Notes under the pieces: generated by a model
The model's input: only the letters and a program-made list of their open reading frames with translations
Told to the model about the DNA's origin: nothing
Databases searched by the model: none
In this document: positions 61,775 to 64,000 of the stretch, piece after piece
Layout: each line of letters starts with the position of its first letter
How positions within the stretch are numbered: position 1 is the stretch's first letter
Made by a program: the position numbers and the translations under genes
NCBI GenBank assembly: GCA_012295275.1
Contig: CM022675.1
Span: forward strand, 15,686,001 to 15,750,000
Length of the DNA stretch: 64,000 nt
Direction: 5' to 3'
DNA from: Chrysomallon squamiferum
Taxonomy: Eukaryota > Animalia > Mollusca

Positions 61775-61905
61775 AGATGCATTTTCATAGGTTTAGGTTT
61801 TCGTAGATTTTCATAGCTTTAAGTATCTGTAAATTTTCATAGCTTTAAGAATCTGTAGATTTCATAGTTCTAAGTCTGCAGATTTTCATAGCTTTAACCA
61901 TCTGT
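61775..61905 (+). repeat. Degenerate minisatellite, about 26-bp unit TAGATTTTCATAGCTTTAAGTATCTG, about 5 copies
   Basis: TTTCATAG recurs five times at 24-26 bp spacing. Confidence 0.85.
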
Positions 61906-62386
61906 TGATTCTTTTTGGTACCTTTAGATTTTCAGTTTCAAATATTTGTAGTTTATAGTTTAAGTTGAAGAGGCTTAGCACCTGGTTTTTGTGAACACAG
62001 TTGTAACAGCGGTCTGTAGAGGCAGCCATGTGGAATTTCTCGTCCAATGCAATCAGGCACAGAACACGAGAATCTACTTGGTTGGTAATTGTAAAACAAA
62101 GTCGTGGAGGCAAGTGGACAGACAAAGAGAAATCTGGTGACCAAAACGCTACACTGACGTCCGGAAGAAAACAGAAATACAAAAGGTACTAATAAGGTTG
62201 AAGGAAATACATGTGGTATTTATACAAACTATATTTCGAATAACAAATGGCATTCTAATATACGTGAATTTCATTTCTGAGACTTTGTCACAGAGTCCGG
62301 TTAGATTCGATTGCTTTGGAAATTGAAATAAAGCCAAACATAATAAAACAGTAACAAACAGATCATATACAATATGCTGAAACGAG

Positions 62387-62836
<450 letters not shown>

Positions 62837-62904
62837 ACCGTTCTCGCCCACTACTCACCCTAAATGCCTGTTATCCGTTCTCTCTATGAAGAGTTTAATT
62901 CTGT

Positions 62905-63260
62905 GTTTTCGACAGCAGGGTCGCTCGTTGTCGAGTGAACTGGGCCGTGAAATGAGCTGATGCGATCAATTATTTCTCTATCCGCGTGTACGTAGCGCTA
63001 AACAAGCGCGCGGAATTGCGCGCGCGGCACCCAGCGAGGAGGGGGAGGCAATCAGCTCGAGTCCAGCGTCACTGGACAGTGGCTAATGCATCCAGACACG
63101 CCAAAGCTTCGGGCAGAGGTCGCGGACCGGACAGCGGTCAAACTGCTCAAACTCGCCGGAAATTTCGAGGACAGATATCGTATACAGTACGGTTTATAGA
63201 AACTATGAGAAACGGACAGAATAAAATTTGTCAACCACTCGTGTCAAAATTTTCGCGTTT
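62905..63260. promoter_or_regulatory. GC/CpG-rich island, candidate promoter or enhancer
   Basis: By eye the most CpG-dense unique segment, flanked by very AT-rich DNA. Contains GCGCGCG-GAATTG-CGCGCGC (63006-63025), ETS-like CCGGAAAT and E2F-like TTTCGCG (63251-63257). Confidence 0.35.
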
Positions 63261-64000
63261 AAAATTTGCAATTTTGATTTAAAAACGTATTTAATTTTTT
63301 TTTTTTGTTTGTTTGTTTGTTTTGTTTTAAATAAATAAATAAATTAAAAATTTAAATCATAGTCGTAAGATGTGAGGTAAAAAAAAGCAAAAATATTTTT
63401 TTTTTTTTTTTTTTTTAATTATTCTGTGTTTGATTTAAAATCATATGAAATTTCCGTTTAAAAAAAATGGAAAAAAAAAACCCCAAGAAACAACAACAAC
63501 AAAATAACAAAAAGAAAAAAAAAAAGAAAAAAGAAAAATAAACAACAAATTAAATAAAGTATAAAATTTATCAACCTATGACGTAAAATTTGTTTTTTAA
63601 CATTGCTTTTCTGATGTAAACAAATAAAAAGAAAAATGAGCAAAACATACTTTTCTTGTCGAGTGGATGAAAAACATTTTGTACATAAACCAGAAGAAAT
63701 ACGAGAAAAAAAACCAAGCTTGTCATTCAGTGGTGTAAACGTTCATAATACATCCTGATTAAAATATACTAAAATATACAAATACAATTTATAGACCACT
63801 GACGTAAGTTTGAGATAAAAAATGATTTGTATTAAAATATTTAAAAAACCTAAACAAACAGATACTTTGTCAATCAGAACAGTATTTGAAAAACCCACCA
63901 AAAAACGAAGAACAAACATACAAACAAAAACCACCTTACAAATAAGTAAAAAAAACAAGAACAAACAAACAGACAAACACAAACAAAATCGTTATAAAAA

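Noticed and set aside
62905-62945. miR-981/miR-76-like seed (TCGTTGTCGA) in a hairpin
   Set aside because: The hairpin is far shorter than a pre-miRNA and similarity ends after about 10 nt. Other seed-only resemblances, such as AACCCGTA near 54762, were also dismissed.
63115-63140. REST/RE1-like site (GGACAGCG)
   Set aside because: Only the right half-site matches; the TCAGCACC half is absent.

Overview
This is AT-rich, microsatellite-dense eukaryotic DNA, most likely intergenic or intronic sequence from an invertebrate animal. The repeat load resembles cephalopod molluscs or decapod crustaceans, but the taxon cannot be determined from this window. I find no supportable protein-coding gene, rRNA, intact tRNA or CRISPR-Cas system. 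The longer ORFs are mostly read-throughs of simple repeats, and the rest are short with no recognisable motif. Supported features: (1) the right end of a hAT/Charlie-type DNA transposon at 1-95; (2) three copies of a probable tRNA-derived SINE with Pol III A/B boxes and a CATA-type tail; (3) two other dispersed duplications, a substitution-free inverted pair about 10.5 kb apart and a near-identical direct pair about 26 kb apart; (4) about ten minisatellite arrays with 20-62 bp units, one forming a cluster of TCACGTGAC E-boxes; (5) dozens of microsatellites, often facing each other in opposite orientation; (6) CpG-rich unique islands carrying palindromic transcription-factor motifs. Some local duplications look like assembly artefacts. 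Nothing here demonstrates a new biological system. The best leads are the SINE family with an antisense hammerhead-like motif, the E-box minisatellite and the long-range inverted duplicate.
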